Notes: generated from the letters alone by a model not told the origin. Shown: positions 24,122-38,194, numbered from the stretch's first letter. The stretch is 64,000 nt of DNA from Glycera tridactyla (GCA_965644265.1 OZ286470.1:9238001-9302000), one strand, 5' to 3'. Translations and numbers: made by a program.

Positions 24122-24858
24122 TATCCATGCAATGATTATATGCGGGAGGTCAGGTGAAAATGACAGGAAGGGCAGGTAGAAATCACACTCCACTTGCTTG
24201 AGGAGCAGCTGAAGAAAAAAGTCAATGTAGAGCCCTGCTTATTTATATGACATGATTTTCGGAATTGGTAATAGTTGCCAGATATGTATGATTGTTTGTT
24301 GCTCAGCTGAGTCATATGATTTTGAAGGAATCTTTCCCGCCAATTCCACATCCTCAGAAATCTCGAGATTGCAATACAAGGGTTAAAGAGTGAACCCTGC
24401 TGGGTTTTTATCAGAAGGGTTCATTGCATGCATGCATGTGCGCATCGCACACACGCATGCATGCTCACACACAACCACAAACAGACACTGACTCATGCAA
24501 GGTAGAAAATCATACTCCAGGAAGAAAAAATAAAATTCACAAGTTTCCCTGGATGCTGTATATTTTGCATTCAGCATCGCTGCCGGGTTGGAAGCCTATA
24601 GATGCAAGCACGATCATCCCTTTCATCCTGTGACAGGAATGTGCAAAGTCTGTGTGAGCTACAAACATAAATAGCTAGAAACACCAGTAGTTGCTTTATT
24701 TGTCTATCCAGCTGGCATTCATGGGGTTCCACATTGTCTAGCACAGTTGACATGTTTGTGTGCTCAACCTAGCACAATTGTCATCAGATGCTCACATTAT
24801 CATTATATCTGTCCATCTGAACCAGAAATAATAACAGCTAACTCAACCTACCACAACT

Positions 24859-26268
24859 CAGCGATGTTTTTGGCCCAAAAATTGAGCGGGCCAATGGCCC
24901 GCTCAGCAGAAAAACAGTGGGCCATTTTCAGGATTCAATGGGCCATTTCGGAATACTTCGAGCCATTTCCAGGTTCGTGAAAACAACTGTTTTTCACAAT
25001 ATGACACACCCACTACCAACCACCATGCACACACACATACGCACATAGAGGAATGGCATCAAAATTATCCACCTGCCTGGTTAGCAGTTACATTTTCAGA
25101 TCTACCTGCCTCTTCAAAATTCAGGATGCCTCCATTATGTGTTCATTAAATTTATCATTTTCCACCTGTCCACTGAGCAGGTAGGTTTCGAAATAATTCT
25201 GTCAACCTTTGAAATCTACCTGCAATGGCCAGTCGGGAGGCCATCTCAAGCACACACATGGACCCCATTTGCTCATCCCAGGTTTACCAACCCCCCCCCC
25301 CCCCCATCAGGCAAGGGTGAACCAGAACTGTCTCTTGATGTTGTGGAATTATTCCAGTCATCAGCCGGTAGGGGGTCATTAAGAAGGATGCAGCGTATTG
25401 CCAGTGCACAGCCAGACTGCGCAGCTATACTGGGGTTCAAAGGTCAGTGAGGGTAGCCTAGATGCCATAAAACTCATTATATATCCATCAACCGCCCCCA
25501 ATGATAGATAACACCTGTTGTCAACTAATAAGACACAGTGTCTTCAGGATCTTTTCTTGCCCTGGAGTTGGATAATCAGGTATACAATGTCTTGTGGACA
25601 ATTCATTTGAACCATGACCCCTGATTTTTTCGATTTTTTCTGAAAGATAACTTCATAGCGAAACCCACCATGTAAATTTAAACTCTTAGAGTTGGGTTTT
25701 TCCAAGTGTTATACAGAGATATATGCATGAAAATTGTGTGATTTCTCAACAGTGGTTTTGATTAGGCAACAAATTTTCACTAAAAAATCATATGTTCCTG
25801 GATCCACTGATCACCATGTCCAAGGAATGAGCCTTTTCAACCATCACAGAAAACTGAGACAAAAAGTGTCAAAAATCAAGAGATTTATAAAGAAAGAACA
25901 AATCTCACTTTGTCAAATTTTGCCATCGGATCATATGGCCATAACTTGTAAAAAACAACCATGACATATCATTTTTCTTCCATTTTCCAACACTACATAT
26001 GATAATTGTGAAGCACACAAAAAATTAGGATCGAGAGTTGGTTTTTTCTTATTCGATGCAACCTCCTTAATAGGGAATACTTTCTTTGACCCTGTAGAAT
26101 GACCCCCCCCCCCCCCCCCCCAACAAACGTTGTCTGAGTATAGTCACTGTTAGTTTATTGACAAAATTACTGCCGCGCCCAAGAGGGCCCATGGAGCTAT
26201 TTGTTAGTGCGCCCATATCATTATGTAAGACGCCAATGGCGCGATGGCGCTGCAAATAAACTTCACTG
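24859..26268 (+). mobile_element. Non-autonomous DNA transposon with 6-bp TSD (copy 1, carries a nested element)
   Basis: Ends CAGCGATG...CTTCACTG; ACAACT duplicated at 24853-24858 and 26269-26274; colinear with the reverse complement of 44826-45547. Confidence 0.85.
25383..26066. mobile_element. Kolobok-like non-autonomous element (TTAA TSD, RR termini), 684 bp
   Basis: TTAA at 25379-25382 and 26067-26070; imperfect TIR GAAGGATGCA / GGAGGTTGCA; empty site is a single TTAA at 45022-45025 in the sister copy. Purine-purine ends argue against piggyBac, which starts CC. Confidence 0.7.
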
Positions 26269-26658
26269 ACAACTGTCATCAAATGCTAGCGTTCACATTA
26301 TATCTGTCCATACTAGAACCTGAAATAATGACTGCTAACTCAACCTACCACAACTGTCTTCAAATGCTAACATTCACATTATATCTGTCCATACTAGAAC
26401 CTGAAATAATAACTGCTAACTCAGCCTACCACAACCGTCATCAAATGCTAGCGTTCACATTATATCTGTCCATACTAGAACCTGAAATAATAACTGCTAA
26501 CTCAGCCTACCACAACTGTCATCAGATGCTCACATTATCATTATATCTGTCCGTACTAGAACCTAAAATAATAACTGCTAACTCAACTTACCACAACTGT
26601 CATCAAATGCTAACATTCACATTATATCTGTTCATACTAGAACCAGAAATAATAACTG
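26269..26658. repeat. 81-bp minisatellite (about 4.8 units), with a first unit at about 24775-24858
   Basis: Unit starts at 26271, 26352, 26433, 26514 and 26595; the upstream monomer is separated by the 6-bp-TSD transposon. Confidence 0.93.
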
Positions 26659-27669
26659 TGCAATGTGTTGTTTAGGATATAACCTCGAATCAAGGGAGGG
26701 GAGTCCTAAGCAGAATCCATTTCTACTGCAACATTAAGGTCTACTGCAACATCATGGATATACAACAGAACTTGCTCAATAGACCACCTCTGTATAAAGG
26801 CTCCCTGCCTAAAAAGGCCACCCTGAGCTGTGACTGTGATAGTGATATTCAATAGTAGATGACTTCTTCATTGGTAGGCATGACAATACATGTTCTTCCC
26901 ATATATTATGGACCTGAAGGGAAGAAGAGGCTTCCCACAGAAATACCTCATTGCTATTTTAGTATTGTCATTTTTTCCAAGCGTTACCGGGGATCATTAT
27001 TTTTGCTTATAAATAAGTCGGAAACGATTCGGAAATGAAGCATTCATTTATCAATATGCCATTATCCCATATTGTATCATGTTTCATTGAGCTGAAGGGG
27101 AGAAGTGACTGTTGATTTCAGAAATGCCTCATTGCTGTTTTGGTGCAGGAACTTTGCTTAGAGCCAGTCTTCTCTTGAGTACCAAGGGTCATAATTTCTG
27201 CTTTTAGATAAGTTGTAAATGATATGTAGGCATTTCATTATTGATATATCTTTATCCCATATTGTTTCATGTTTCATTGAGCTGAAGGGGAGAAGTGACT
27301 GTTGATTTCAGAAATGCCTCATCGCTGTGTTGGTGCAGGAATTGTGTGTAGAGCCAGTCATGTGTTGAGGTGTGAGTTTTGTTCAAAGCATGGTGGAAAT
27401 TCTCGAGGAAGCTGTTTGATATACATCCTGATTATGTTTGACATGTTTGAAAGATTCCTCAGACAGCAGGTCTTCATATTTTATGGCGTAGTAATAGACA
27501 AGTTGTCAGGAAAGAAGAAGAGACACTTTATACTACAGGAAACTTTGTAAGCCCAATTTCAGGAGGTGGCTTTTGTCATTTGAGTTTGTTTTTGATTCAA
27601 TGATTGTGGCCACTATGATGCAAACCGGATGGATTTATGTGCCTCTAACACTTCAATCAATTGGAAACA

Positions 27670-28072
27670 ACCCATGTTTCACCATACACCAGTGGAGTGT
27701 ACAAATCACATTCTGAGAATTCATCTGATTTTTTGTGGATTTGAACCTGGATCTCCAGTGTGACACCAACTGCCTCGCCTGTGAAGGAGCAAGCTGTCTT
27801 ATGCACTGAGCTATGCAGACCGCCTCAATAAAAGCACCTGAATAACCCTGCCAGGAGCACACTCCACTCCCCACACATACACCCAGAGACCCTGTTGACT
27901 CTGGTTATACTTGTGTTTTGGCCCATTGTGCAATGGGATATGTTTTGAATGAAATTATGTTCTAAGATACACCACTGGAATGTACACATTTCTTACTTTG
28001 CTTATATCGGGCCTCTATCCCGGGTCCCGAAATTGGCCCTACAAATTGCATTCTGAGAAATCATCCCATTCA
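27670..28072 (-). mobile_element. tRNA-derived SINE, head-to-tail partial tandem
   Basis: Minus strand has an A-box-like TAGCTCAGTG (27804-27813) and B-box GGTTCAAATCC (27737-27747); tail-to-head junction at 27826/27827. Confidence 0.65.
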
Positions 28073-30700
28073 TTGTCTATGCTATGATTAATTATCTCAC
28101 CATGACAAGACACTCAAATTCCATTATCTGTTCTTGTTCATGATGATTATTGACTTCAACCAAATTTCAAAGAAACGAAATATTACATTGATCCTTCATT
28201 TCCGGAATAACTCATTCTTATTGGCATAAAATATACATTTCAAATCATCAAGTTGCTACAGCACAAGTCGGGATTTGTGTAAAATTTCCGGAAGCCAAGT
28301 GGTGGGAAAATTATCTTTCAACTGAATCTTTGTATAGCTTGTTGACTGCACCTGGAGCTGCCTTTTCAAATATACACTTCTGGAAACCAGACATCAGATT
28401 GAAGTTGCAGGGGCATCAATTTGGGAAGATCTCCTACTTTCCATAATGAGAATGGGTCAGAATTAGCAATGTTGGTGCTCATTTTCATGAGTATGAAAGT
28501 GATTTTATGCATCTACAAAACCTGGGACCGCTAATCCCAGTAGGAAGCAGTGGCTACAGTTTGCTGTGAAATTTTCCCATGATATTTCATATTTTTGGCA
28601 TCAAATTGGCCAAAAAGACAGTATGAATTTGGAGAATGGGATCTTGTGGTGGATGGTGGGTTGGTGAATCAGATTACGGGACTCTTACATGTTCAGAAAT
28701 TAGCATCCTCTTGTCTCCTATCATCCCGCGGATTAAGTTATCAGTGTGTGTGCCACAGCATGCAGCTGCCGCAGCGCCGCTAACCCGCTTTCTCTAATTA
28801 ACGCGAATGAGAGCCGAACAACAGCTTGCTCATATAATGAGCCTCAGACATAATCAACTCAACAGTCGTCTTCTCCTTCATTCTTTCCTTCCTCAGCCAC
28901 CATCAGTGGTGCCAATTTTCTGAAAATTTTCGGAAATCGCAAAATTAGTTGGAAATATCAATATCTGGTTGGGAGTTTCAGAACAGATACTTTTGATGAT
29001 ATGTGGGAGTAGTTTAAGGAATTCGTTCCATATTTCTGAAAAATTTGCTTTTTCTATATCATACTCCTTGATATAAATTTGTTGACATTTTTGTTCGATT
29101 GTTTCGAGCACATGAAATAGTAAGGAAATCCAATCATTGGAATCCAAGCATTCATTTCAGTGTGCTATATTGTGGCAAGATATGTCGTTAGTCCTGAAAT
29201 GTGGCGGCTATCCTGAAATGACCTCATGCTAATCGAGTTATCATGGTGACTGGGGAAAATGTTGATCACCCAGTCGAGGGCCAAAGTTTTGATACATTTA
29301 TCAAGTGGGCCTCTTGGGAGGCCTGAGGTGACTGAGGACACTTCCTGGGGCGGGCCATGCTCCTCTTGAGGGATGTAAACTCTGTCAAATCCAAATGTGG
29401 GGATATGTTTCACACGCTAAATTGTCAATTTTCGTCTGATTTGACTGTTAATGGCACAAATGGATTGTACAGGTCTTCCGGCGATAATCGGACCTGGTCT
29501 TGGGTATTCTGTGTGCTATTGAAGAGAATACACCATCATTTAATTAATTACATCAAAATCACCAGGAATAGATTGAAACCTGCAACAAAAGATGCTCTGA
29601 TGAAAGACCATCTTTGGTCGGAGACAACTTCAGGCCAACGTTCCCATTTGACATAGTAGGACATGACTGTGACGGAAGTCACTTCTGAGAGACAAATTCT
29701 GCTGACATTGAGGGTGGTCTCTCATCACAGGTTTCACTATTTCTCCATAAGTGTGGCATGAGGTGAGAATCCTATCAATCGTGGCTGGTATGTTTTTGGC
29801 CATAGCATCGCAAATTTGGATCGAATTGAAACAAAACACGCTGACAGACATTGCTGAAATCTCCAGCAACTATAAATGATATCACGGTGGAGTTCCTTTA
29901 TTTATTTCACCTAAGAACACCAAATATGTCAATTTTATGTTGCTTTCACTGCATGTTTGGGGAACGTATCTACATTGTTCACATAGGGAAGAGCAGACAA
30001 TAATTCCAGAATCGATCATAATTATTTGAAGCCACATATATATATATTTTTTTTTTTTTAGGTGGCTACGCAACACTATTGCGATGCCATCGCTAAGCGA
30101 CAGAATGCGACATCGATTGTGACATCACGGTGTCCGTTTAGAAATAAACCTCAGTCCGAGTCTTACCATAGCCGTAACGGACGTGTTTGCCTCGTCTTTC
30201 CATATATATGTATAACAAGACCGGCCCCATATCTTGAAATAACAAGACATGTCTTCAAAATAATGGTCATGAACAAATGTCCGCAGGCAGATTGTATGAA
30301 TACAAACAATTACCACAGAAACTCATTAATTTTTTTCTTCAGCAATGGTTTTGTCTTCTGTCTTTTCCACTTTGATGGATATCCATCACTCCTGCGTGTT
30401 GAGATTGATGTCTTTAAAATCCGAGCTGAAAACTTTTAAAGATTATTCTCCATTCCATGCAAGTTTAATTCTAATCATGTATGTTTTATCTGTTTTAGGT
30501 AAGTACCCAAAGTAAAAGATAATTGCTGGAAGTGATGGCCTATACTGGAATTATAAGGAATCTGAGCAGATAAGTATATAATTGATAAGGAGATTATTCT
30601 TGGATATTCCTGCCATATACATGTACCTCCCTTGTGCATCGTCTGTCTAACTATTGTGTGGCTCTCCCCTCTCTGTCTCTCTGTTACTCTGTCTCTCCAA

Positions 30701-30897
30701 NNNNNNNNNNNNNNNNNNNNNNNNNNNNNNNNNNNNNNNNNNNNNNNNNNNNNNNNNNNNNNNNNNNNNNNNNNNNNNNNNNNNNNNNNNNNNNNNNNNN
30801 NNNNNNNNNNNNNNNNNNNNNNNNNNNNNNNNNNNNNNNNNNNNNNNNNNNNNNNNNNNNNNNNNNNNNNNNNNNNNNNNNNNNNNNNNNNNNNNNN
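30701..30897. other. Assembly gap (N run)
   Basis: 197 N. Confidence 1.
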
Positions 30898-31699
30898 TTT
30901 ACTCCAATGCTATCATGGATGATCATAGATCCAAATGAAGGACTCGGCATGGGTTTTTGCAGAGACATGTATTGGTATTCTCCTTGGTCAGTTCATAATT
31001 TGTCTCCATAAGCAGTTTGAACTTGGAAATGATCTTGGGTGATTGCTTCGACAGGAAGCAGCGAATAGCTTGCAGTAGTTTTCTAGACCAGACTCTCCAT
31101 CAAGTTTTAATTAGATTGGCAAATCTTGTTCTGGTTGGTGGCTGGGGTCGCGAAGCCCCAATGGGACTCGATAAAATGGGTTTAATCGAACGTGACTGGA
31201 CGTAATCATGTCCCGCCACCTCATTAGGCTTTTAATGATTAACTGGATTCAGACTGGTTCTGTTTTTGTTGTTGTTGTTGTTGTTATTGCTATGCCATTG
31301 TCAGGTTTAGTATGTTTTTGTAGAGTAGGTAGAGGTGTGTCTGAACTGTCAGCTACTTCCACTTGACAACCTCTCATGTTCCCCATCATCTTGTGTTTAA
31401 GGTTGGTAAGAGTGATGTCTGCAGGAGAGATTAGCATCTGAGACTGAACATTTTCTCACATGTTCAAGATGTGGCTAGGACATGGGGTTATCTTTAGGAT
31501 AGGTCTATTTGCTACCTTCCTTGTGAGAGACCTGGAATTCCTCAAAGCATGAGCCAAGTTTAGTTCTGTAAGTCTAGTTTCAGCTTCATCACTTCCATCT
31601 GGTGTGTGCACAGGGAGATTGGGAGGGGAGTGGGGGGTAGTATTCTATTTTATAAACTCAATTATAATTTGTATATGGCACAACAATGAGATTCAAAGC

Positions 31700-33361
31700 A
31701 TGAGTCCCGGAGAATGCAAATTCAACCATTTGCGCCATATGACATATTTTAACGTATAGCCGATTATGCGTAAGACGTATTTTTAAGTACAGCCGATTAT
31801 GCATACGACGTATATTGTCATATAGCTGATTATGCATGCGATGCATCATGACGTATTAAGACATAGCGCAAAAAATCGCGATTGAGAAAAAGTAAATACT
31901 ATTTCCCGGCGATTCCAACAAGAAATGATGACGCAGCTGGAGGAAGCCGGCATCAACATCCACCGCAAAGAATTGTGGGTGTCTAGACTCCGAGGAGAAC
32001 CAAAACCAGCGAATGGCACTTCAGGGATATTTCTTATCAAAATTTGTGACGGAAGACGAGAAGGATTCATCTTGTTTTTATGCTACCCAACCGAAGGTAG
32101 GGGGGGCATACTGGATTCACTCTGTCCGTCTGTCTGTCTGTCCGTCTGTCCGTCTGTCCGTCTGTCCGTCTGTTAACAATTTATTGTGGCACCTGGTGTG
32201 TCCAAGCTATTGATGCGAGAGTTTCCATTTTTGGTATGTGGATTACCCATGAGGGGTAGATGTGCATGGGCATGTTATGTCGCCCCTACGACCTTTGACC
32301 TTTGGCCAGTGACCTTGACCTTGGAAATTGTCATGAAATCTTGTGGCGCCTAGTGTGTCCAAGCTATTGATGCGAGAGTTTCCATTTTTGCTATGTGAAT
32401 TACCCATGAGGGGTAGGTGTGCATGGGCTTGTGAATTTGGCCCTACAACCTTTGACCTCGGGCCAGTGACCTTGACCTTGGAAATTGTTATGGAATTCTG
32501 CGGCACCTGGTGTGTCCATGCTATTGATGGGAGAGTTTTCATTTTTGGTATATCAGTTACCCATTAGGGGTAGGTGTGCATGAGCATGTTATTTTGCCCC
32601 TATGACCTTTGACCTTGGGCCAGTGACCTTGACCTTGGAAATTGCCATGAAATCTTGTGTCACTCATTGTATCCAAGCTATTGATGCGAGAGCTTCCATT
32701 TTTGGTATGTGGATTACCCAAGAGCGGTAGGTGTACATGAGCATGTCATTCTGTCCCTGTGACCTTGGAGATATGACCTTGAATAAGATGGCGGGGGGGG
32801 GGCATTAGTATATCCTCTGGATTACAGTTCTAGTTCACTCACTTTCTGCTCGTGACGCAAAATTTTCACCTCGCCATTACGAAAAAAAATACGATATTGA
32901 ATCAAACTGTTTGCGGCATATTCTGCGCAATATTCTTAGGATTTGTTTGAAATATGGTTTCTTCAGATATCACTTGTATTCATCGTGTGGTATGATCGCA
33001 AAGGCGACAAGATCGTATTTTTTCAGCGACTTGTTCATTTTTTCCCACGTTTCACCCTATGTTTGGCGGATCGCGAATGCTGTTTACCCTTGTACGATTG
33101 GAAATCCGAGATGATCATCGTCTTCAGCATCTTCCAATCTACTATGGCAAATTTTTTGATAAGTTTCTGACCATTATTAAAAGTCTGGGGCACCTCTGAA
33201 GAAGCGCTAATTTCTTGATGTTCTTTCGTGACTTGTATGTGAATGCATGCAAGTGACAGCTGTCACGTCATGGCACACTAGATGCTAGCGAAGGCTCGCT
33301 CATGACGCGTTTTGACACCAAATAGTCACAAGGTCATGGCTTTTATGACGCAAAGGGTTAA
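31700..33361. mobile_element. Possible piggyBac-like remnant interrupted by the Helentron-like element
   Basis: CpG-rich block ending GCAAAGGG|TTAA (CCC terminus + TTAA) at 33361; internal three-copy repeat of about 33 bp at 31745-31845; matching left terminus not found. Confidence 0.3.
32077..32833 (+). mobile_element. Helentron-associated non-autonomous element (HINE/DINE-like) with internal 157-bp satellite
   Basis: 5' ATGCTACCC...GGGGGGCAT, (CTGT/CCGT)n microsatellite, 157-bp units starting at 32185, 32342, 32499 and 32656 with GACCTTTGACCT motifs, 3' GGGGGGCATTAG, inserted in a TT context. Confidence 0.75.
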
Positions 33362-36300
33362 GGAATGACAGTGTATCTTCATATGTGTGTGTGTGTTTGT
33401 GTGTGTGCATGCATGTGTGTGTACATATGAGAAGTTGCTCAGTTTAGACCCTGCTCTAATGTAGGAATGGCTACCTATTGATTTCTGTGCAAGGATGGTG
33501 AGCATATTATCCCCATGCAAATGACAAGTAAGCACATAAAAGTATATATCTTAACTGCCCGATTGAATCCACACAGCTTGATTGGGTTAGATGCCCATCA
33601 CGTTGGAATATTTCACCTAGGTTTTCTTTCACCAAATACTTTTCTGGTCTGGTCTACACAACTCAGCCAGATATTTTTACTCGCATCATGTCGGCATTTG
33701 CCAAACCCACATCCTTGTTTCAAGTACTGTGCTTTGCCCAAAATGAAAGCATCGCCATCAGGTTTGAGTGTCGTCCATCGGCCAGTTACATTGTTAGAAC
33801 TGCCAGCACTAGGCTCAGTATGTTCATGTTGAGCAGGCACAGGTGTGTCTTTCACATTCCCATCATCTCGTGTGCAGGGTTTGTGTGAGCGATACCTGCA
33901 GGGGAGCTTTCATCAACCAGGAAGCCTCGGCATACATAATCCTCTGGGGTGACACATGCTGTTGAGCCTCGAACAAACAGAAAACTAAACCCAGTGGACA
34001 TCAACTTATGGGATATTGCAGGGCTCTATGTTGGTTAGAATGTTTGGGAGCCAGCCGGCTCCTAAGTTGAAATCTTTGGTAGCCAGTGCAAAATTTTGGT
34101 ACCCAGTCAATACATTGCCAATTCCAACCTCCCAAATTTTTAGGGGTGGTAGCCAGAGGGTAAATTTGGTAGCCATTGGCCACACCCAGGTAGCAATGTA
34201 GAACACTATTGTGACGAATATATCATAACTCTGGTATATCCATTGTGATATAATGATCACTTCTGCCATACCAACCCCTGTCCTGATTTAAATCATTATC
34301 ATGACGGATTTAGCTTTGATTCAACCTCATGATTCGGGTCTTCACCATCAGATATGCCAGTATTAGGTGTACCTGTGAAGGAATCAATAGTTGAATAACA
34401 TAATATCGTGTGTCTAAGCCCTGTGCTTGAAAACCCAATGAAGTTGTAGAGATGGTCTCTCATTTGAGGTATATTTGAATATACCTACAGTCGGTTCGCC
34501 TTTTTTTGTGGCACCTGTTTTTTGCCAATGATTCCCTAGAATATGCATCTAAGTGAGGAATCTGAAAATCCAAAATTGGTATCATCCAGTGAAGATTCTC
34601 CGAAATGATCAGAACCAGTTTGACATCAGAATACCGAGGATGAATACAGGTTGTTCAGGCTGAGTATCAATAATATATATGTCATCAAGATACAAGATAC
34701 ATATAAATTTGATGCGTCTTTATGCAATGCAGACATCAGGAGTCCATGCAATAAAGAGACTATGGAACTAAACTACAGCGGTACACTACAGATTAAAACA
34801 TAACGTGAATAAGTGGCAATTGTAATGACATAGAGAATGTGATAAATATCAACATGTAAGTGGACATGTATACCATACATGACATGGGTGAAACAAAAAC
34901 TATGATCTATTGTGGAATCGGGGAATCTCTGTTAAGGGTGCCAGTGTTGTCTTTTGTCCAGGCTGCATATAGAGTTCTTGGGCCTTTGCAAGGGAATTTG
35001 GCGACTTCACCTGTGACTCAATGGAATCAATGGGGTACATGTCAGCAATGGTACGGGAATCCTTAAGATACTGATCTCAGCCTATTCTGTCAGAATATTT
35101 GGGGTATATTCCACCCATAGTATGGTAACACGTATGTTCAGATTGAGGCCATGGGATGCACACATGTTGGTGGGAGATTGGGATCACCATGGGAATGTCT
35201 TGATAACAAAGCATGAAATGGGGGGAAGCTGATTGCTGGATGGAGAGACATCCAGCGGTGTGTGAGTGGTGTATATGATGACGTGCAGGCAGGGTTGGTG
35301 GAGTCCATGGAGTGTATGTATTGCAGGTATAGGTTTGGTGGTGGTGGTGGAGGAGGAGAAGGAAGCGGTGGCGGTGGCGGCAGGTCTATTTCAGTCGGCA
35401 GTCTGAATACGGATGAGCAGGTTGCGAACAGCACGGTGGCTGCTGTGCTCCGTGGTGGCAAGATGCGATGGCTGCTCTCAGTCCCACTGCTGGCTCCTGT
35501 ATGTACAAGAGCAGGCCATTCACCCTAGCTCACACACCGATGCAAGGAAAGGCAGGGAAACCAAGATCTCTTCCAGTCCAAGTGTCACCCAAGCTTCTAT
35601 GCTGCTACCTGTGGGCAGCTAATGGCTATCAAATTTACCCCCTGGCTGAGAGCCAGCCGCCCCTAGAAATCTGACAGATTGTAATTGGCAATGTATTGAC
35701 TGGCTACCAAAATTTTGCACTGGCTTCTAAGAATTTCAACTTAGGAGCTCCTGAATATTTCGGCCAATATAAAGCCCTGTCACCTCATCATTGAATAATA
35801 CTTATGCGTTCAACCCCACATCCTGATACTCAGAAACAGGACACGAGTATTGGGAGCGAGAAATATGGATGAGGTCACCTGCCCCAAAAACAAATCTGCC
35901 TGCCTGTACTGTTAGGGCGACCCTTAACGTAGAGCCTTGTACATATCATGAAAACATGGCACATGTAATCCTTTAGGTTCAAACATTATGTCAAACTTCA
36001 ATCAATCATGCAATCAATCAGTATTTTCTGGGAGGTCCCTTCGCATCCATTTGGATCCACAACCTCAACTTCTCCTGTTAACAATGGCGATCAACAATTC
36101 TCTGAAATTGGTCTCTTTTTTCTGAACCTGTCCTTTAAAACAGTCACCAGTGCTATCTTCTTCAGAGTGTTTCAGGAGGGATTGATACTAGAATTGACCA
36201 CATTGAATAAAGACGCTTTCTGAGAATACTGTCTCCTGGCAGCAGGTAGTCTCTCTTTTGAGGTTTCACTGTACTTTGCTAGAGAGTGACTTCACCCACT

Positions 36301-36997
36301 CCAAATTTGAGTACTACCGCTAGATGTTGAAATGTGCCACCAGTAATTTTTATGAGCCGGTGCCTCTCAGCGATTATGTCAACTGGCTGCTCAGTTATTT
36401 GCAGCTTGTTGATGTGCCACGGAAGTTTTTGTCAGGCAGTCACTCACATCACTTTTTGCATGGCACAACAAACTGTCTCACCCTCATACTGTCTTTGTGG
36501 TTGTATACAAAAATTCGATTTCAATTCATTAATTGTAGCAGATTCCCAGTATTTCTAACTTTGGCATCGCTTTTATTGCATTTTCACTCATCAGAGGTGT
36601 GACAGGAAGTGAACACAACTTGCCACCTGACTCAGTTCACCACCACCAGGTGGCAGGATAATTGGTCAGATATTGGCTGTTGGTATTTTTGTGTTGAATT
36701 GCATGTGAATGGTACTTTGAGATTGGGATAGAATGTAATCAAAAACATGGAAATATCATTTATGCACCTGGTGAACTGTTAGAACGTCATAACAGACCAT
36801 TGAGATGCTGTTCTGACCTATCATCCCAGCGCCTCCCTTTTGCCCTTGTTGTCAAGCAATTTCCAGGCTTCTATATGAAAGGGGGGGGGGGGGGGGTCAT
36901 GGTGGCATTTCACCCTGATGTGAGCCCAGACTTCATCTCTCTTACCAGCAAGTTCACTAAAGACATGCATAGTCAAACCTGTTGAGAGACCACCTCT

Positions 36998-37124
36998 TGT
37001 GTTCAGGGTTTGTGAGAGTGATGTCTGCAGGGGAGAGAACATCCAGCTTTCATTGACCAGGAACAGATGGCATACATAATCTTCTAGGTTGATACATGCC
37101 ATTAAACCTCAAACAAACAAACAA
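36998..37124 (+). mobile_element. 5'-truncated non-LTR retroposon with (AAAC)n tail and 9-bp TSD
   Basis: ACCACCTCT at 36989-36997 and 37125-37133; shared 3' end ...TGATACATGCC(A/G)TTAAACC-(AAAC)n. Family members at about 4040-4200, 6545-6660 (reverse), 12380-12480, 31320-31440, 33700-33990, 40510-40620 and 56770-56968. Confidence 0.7.
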
Positions 37125-38194
37125 ACCACCTCTCTATAAAGATCGCCTGCTTACAAAAGTCATCCTGAGTTGCGACCGTGATAGTACTCACAACAGTAAT
37201 TGATATAATTGGAGTTTATAGACAAATCCAACTGTACACATAAGTTGTTTCACCACTGTAAGAATGATGTGATCGTCTTGTTGGAATAAGATTTGTTTGG
37301 TGAACTTGCACACTAGTAAATCCAATGCTAAATTTGCGGATATCATAGTGATGCGTACATGCTTGCGTTTTCGACATCTGCATATTGGAATCAGCACACT
37401 GAGTAGTAGATAGAACTACCACAGTATTGAATATAAGGGGCGATTGTGAGACATTTGTCTCACATTTGAGTGTGATGTCTCACATGTTGAAGAGTGTGGT
37501 GAAACAAATGTCTCACTTCAGTCCCACCCCAAGAGCAAACAGTTGTAACATTTGTTTCATATTTGTGTAAATTGTCTCACATTTTCAATAGTGGCTGGAC
37601 AAATGTCTCACTTTAGCCATAGCTCAGAGCCAACCCTGCTACCATGCTCACTTCCTATCAATTGTGTCCATGACAACAGAGATGCTGGCAGGTTATCAGG
37701 CAAGGAACCAGGACTTGTAGCAGATAGTGGTACTCAGTCTCTCATGTGTTGAGATTTGTTGGGATCTTGTATAGAAATCACTGGGAATTCACCGCTAATC
37801 ATCAGCTGTATCTGACATTCAAACATCTTTACAGTGTCCACGATGATGGATGGATACATCTGTAGATGATGCAGTGTCTTAGTACAGTAATTGCAAACAT
37901 TACAGAATGCAGCCTGCAGACTTGAAGAGAGATTGGAGAGTAGTGCTCGCACTCGGTTGCAACAATGATGATCAATTAATCGGACTCTGCAGCAATTGAT
38001 TATCAATCAAATGATCAGAGTTTAGAATCCTCTGGTTGACCAAATTTTGCAGTGAAATCATAACTTTGTTCTGATATTTAGGGGCAATAATTCAATCGAT
38101 TGTCCACCTACATGATCGATAAATCAAATTGGACCTCTCATCAATGCAATAATCGATTTAATCAGGTAATTGGAGAGCAAGTACATCTGTGATA

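Larger units (their letters stand above)
16209..24237. mobile_element. hAT-like MITE (about 220 bp) split by the LTR insertion (halves 16209-16318 and 24122-24237)
   Basis: Joined flanks align with the reverse complement of the intact copy at 55954-56150; right end TAGAGCCCTG, left end degenerate CGGGGCTGTA. Confidence 0.75.

Noticed and set aside
26244-26675. 143-aa ORF with 27-aa repeats
   Set aside because: An 81-bp stop-free minisatellite unit. Its ATG lies inside a transposon end and the first unit is split off by an insertion.
28893-29147. 84-aa ORF ending GTTDGG, resembling the hAT transposase TTDG motif
   Set aside because: A stop follows immediately and there is no other transposase similarity.
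30632-31011. ORFs spanning N runs (also 41441-41852)
   Set aside because: Open only because of the assembly gaps.
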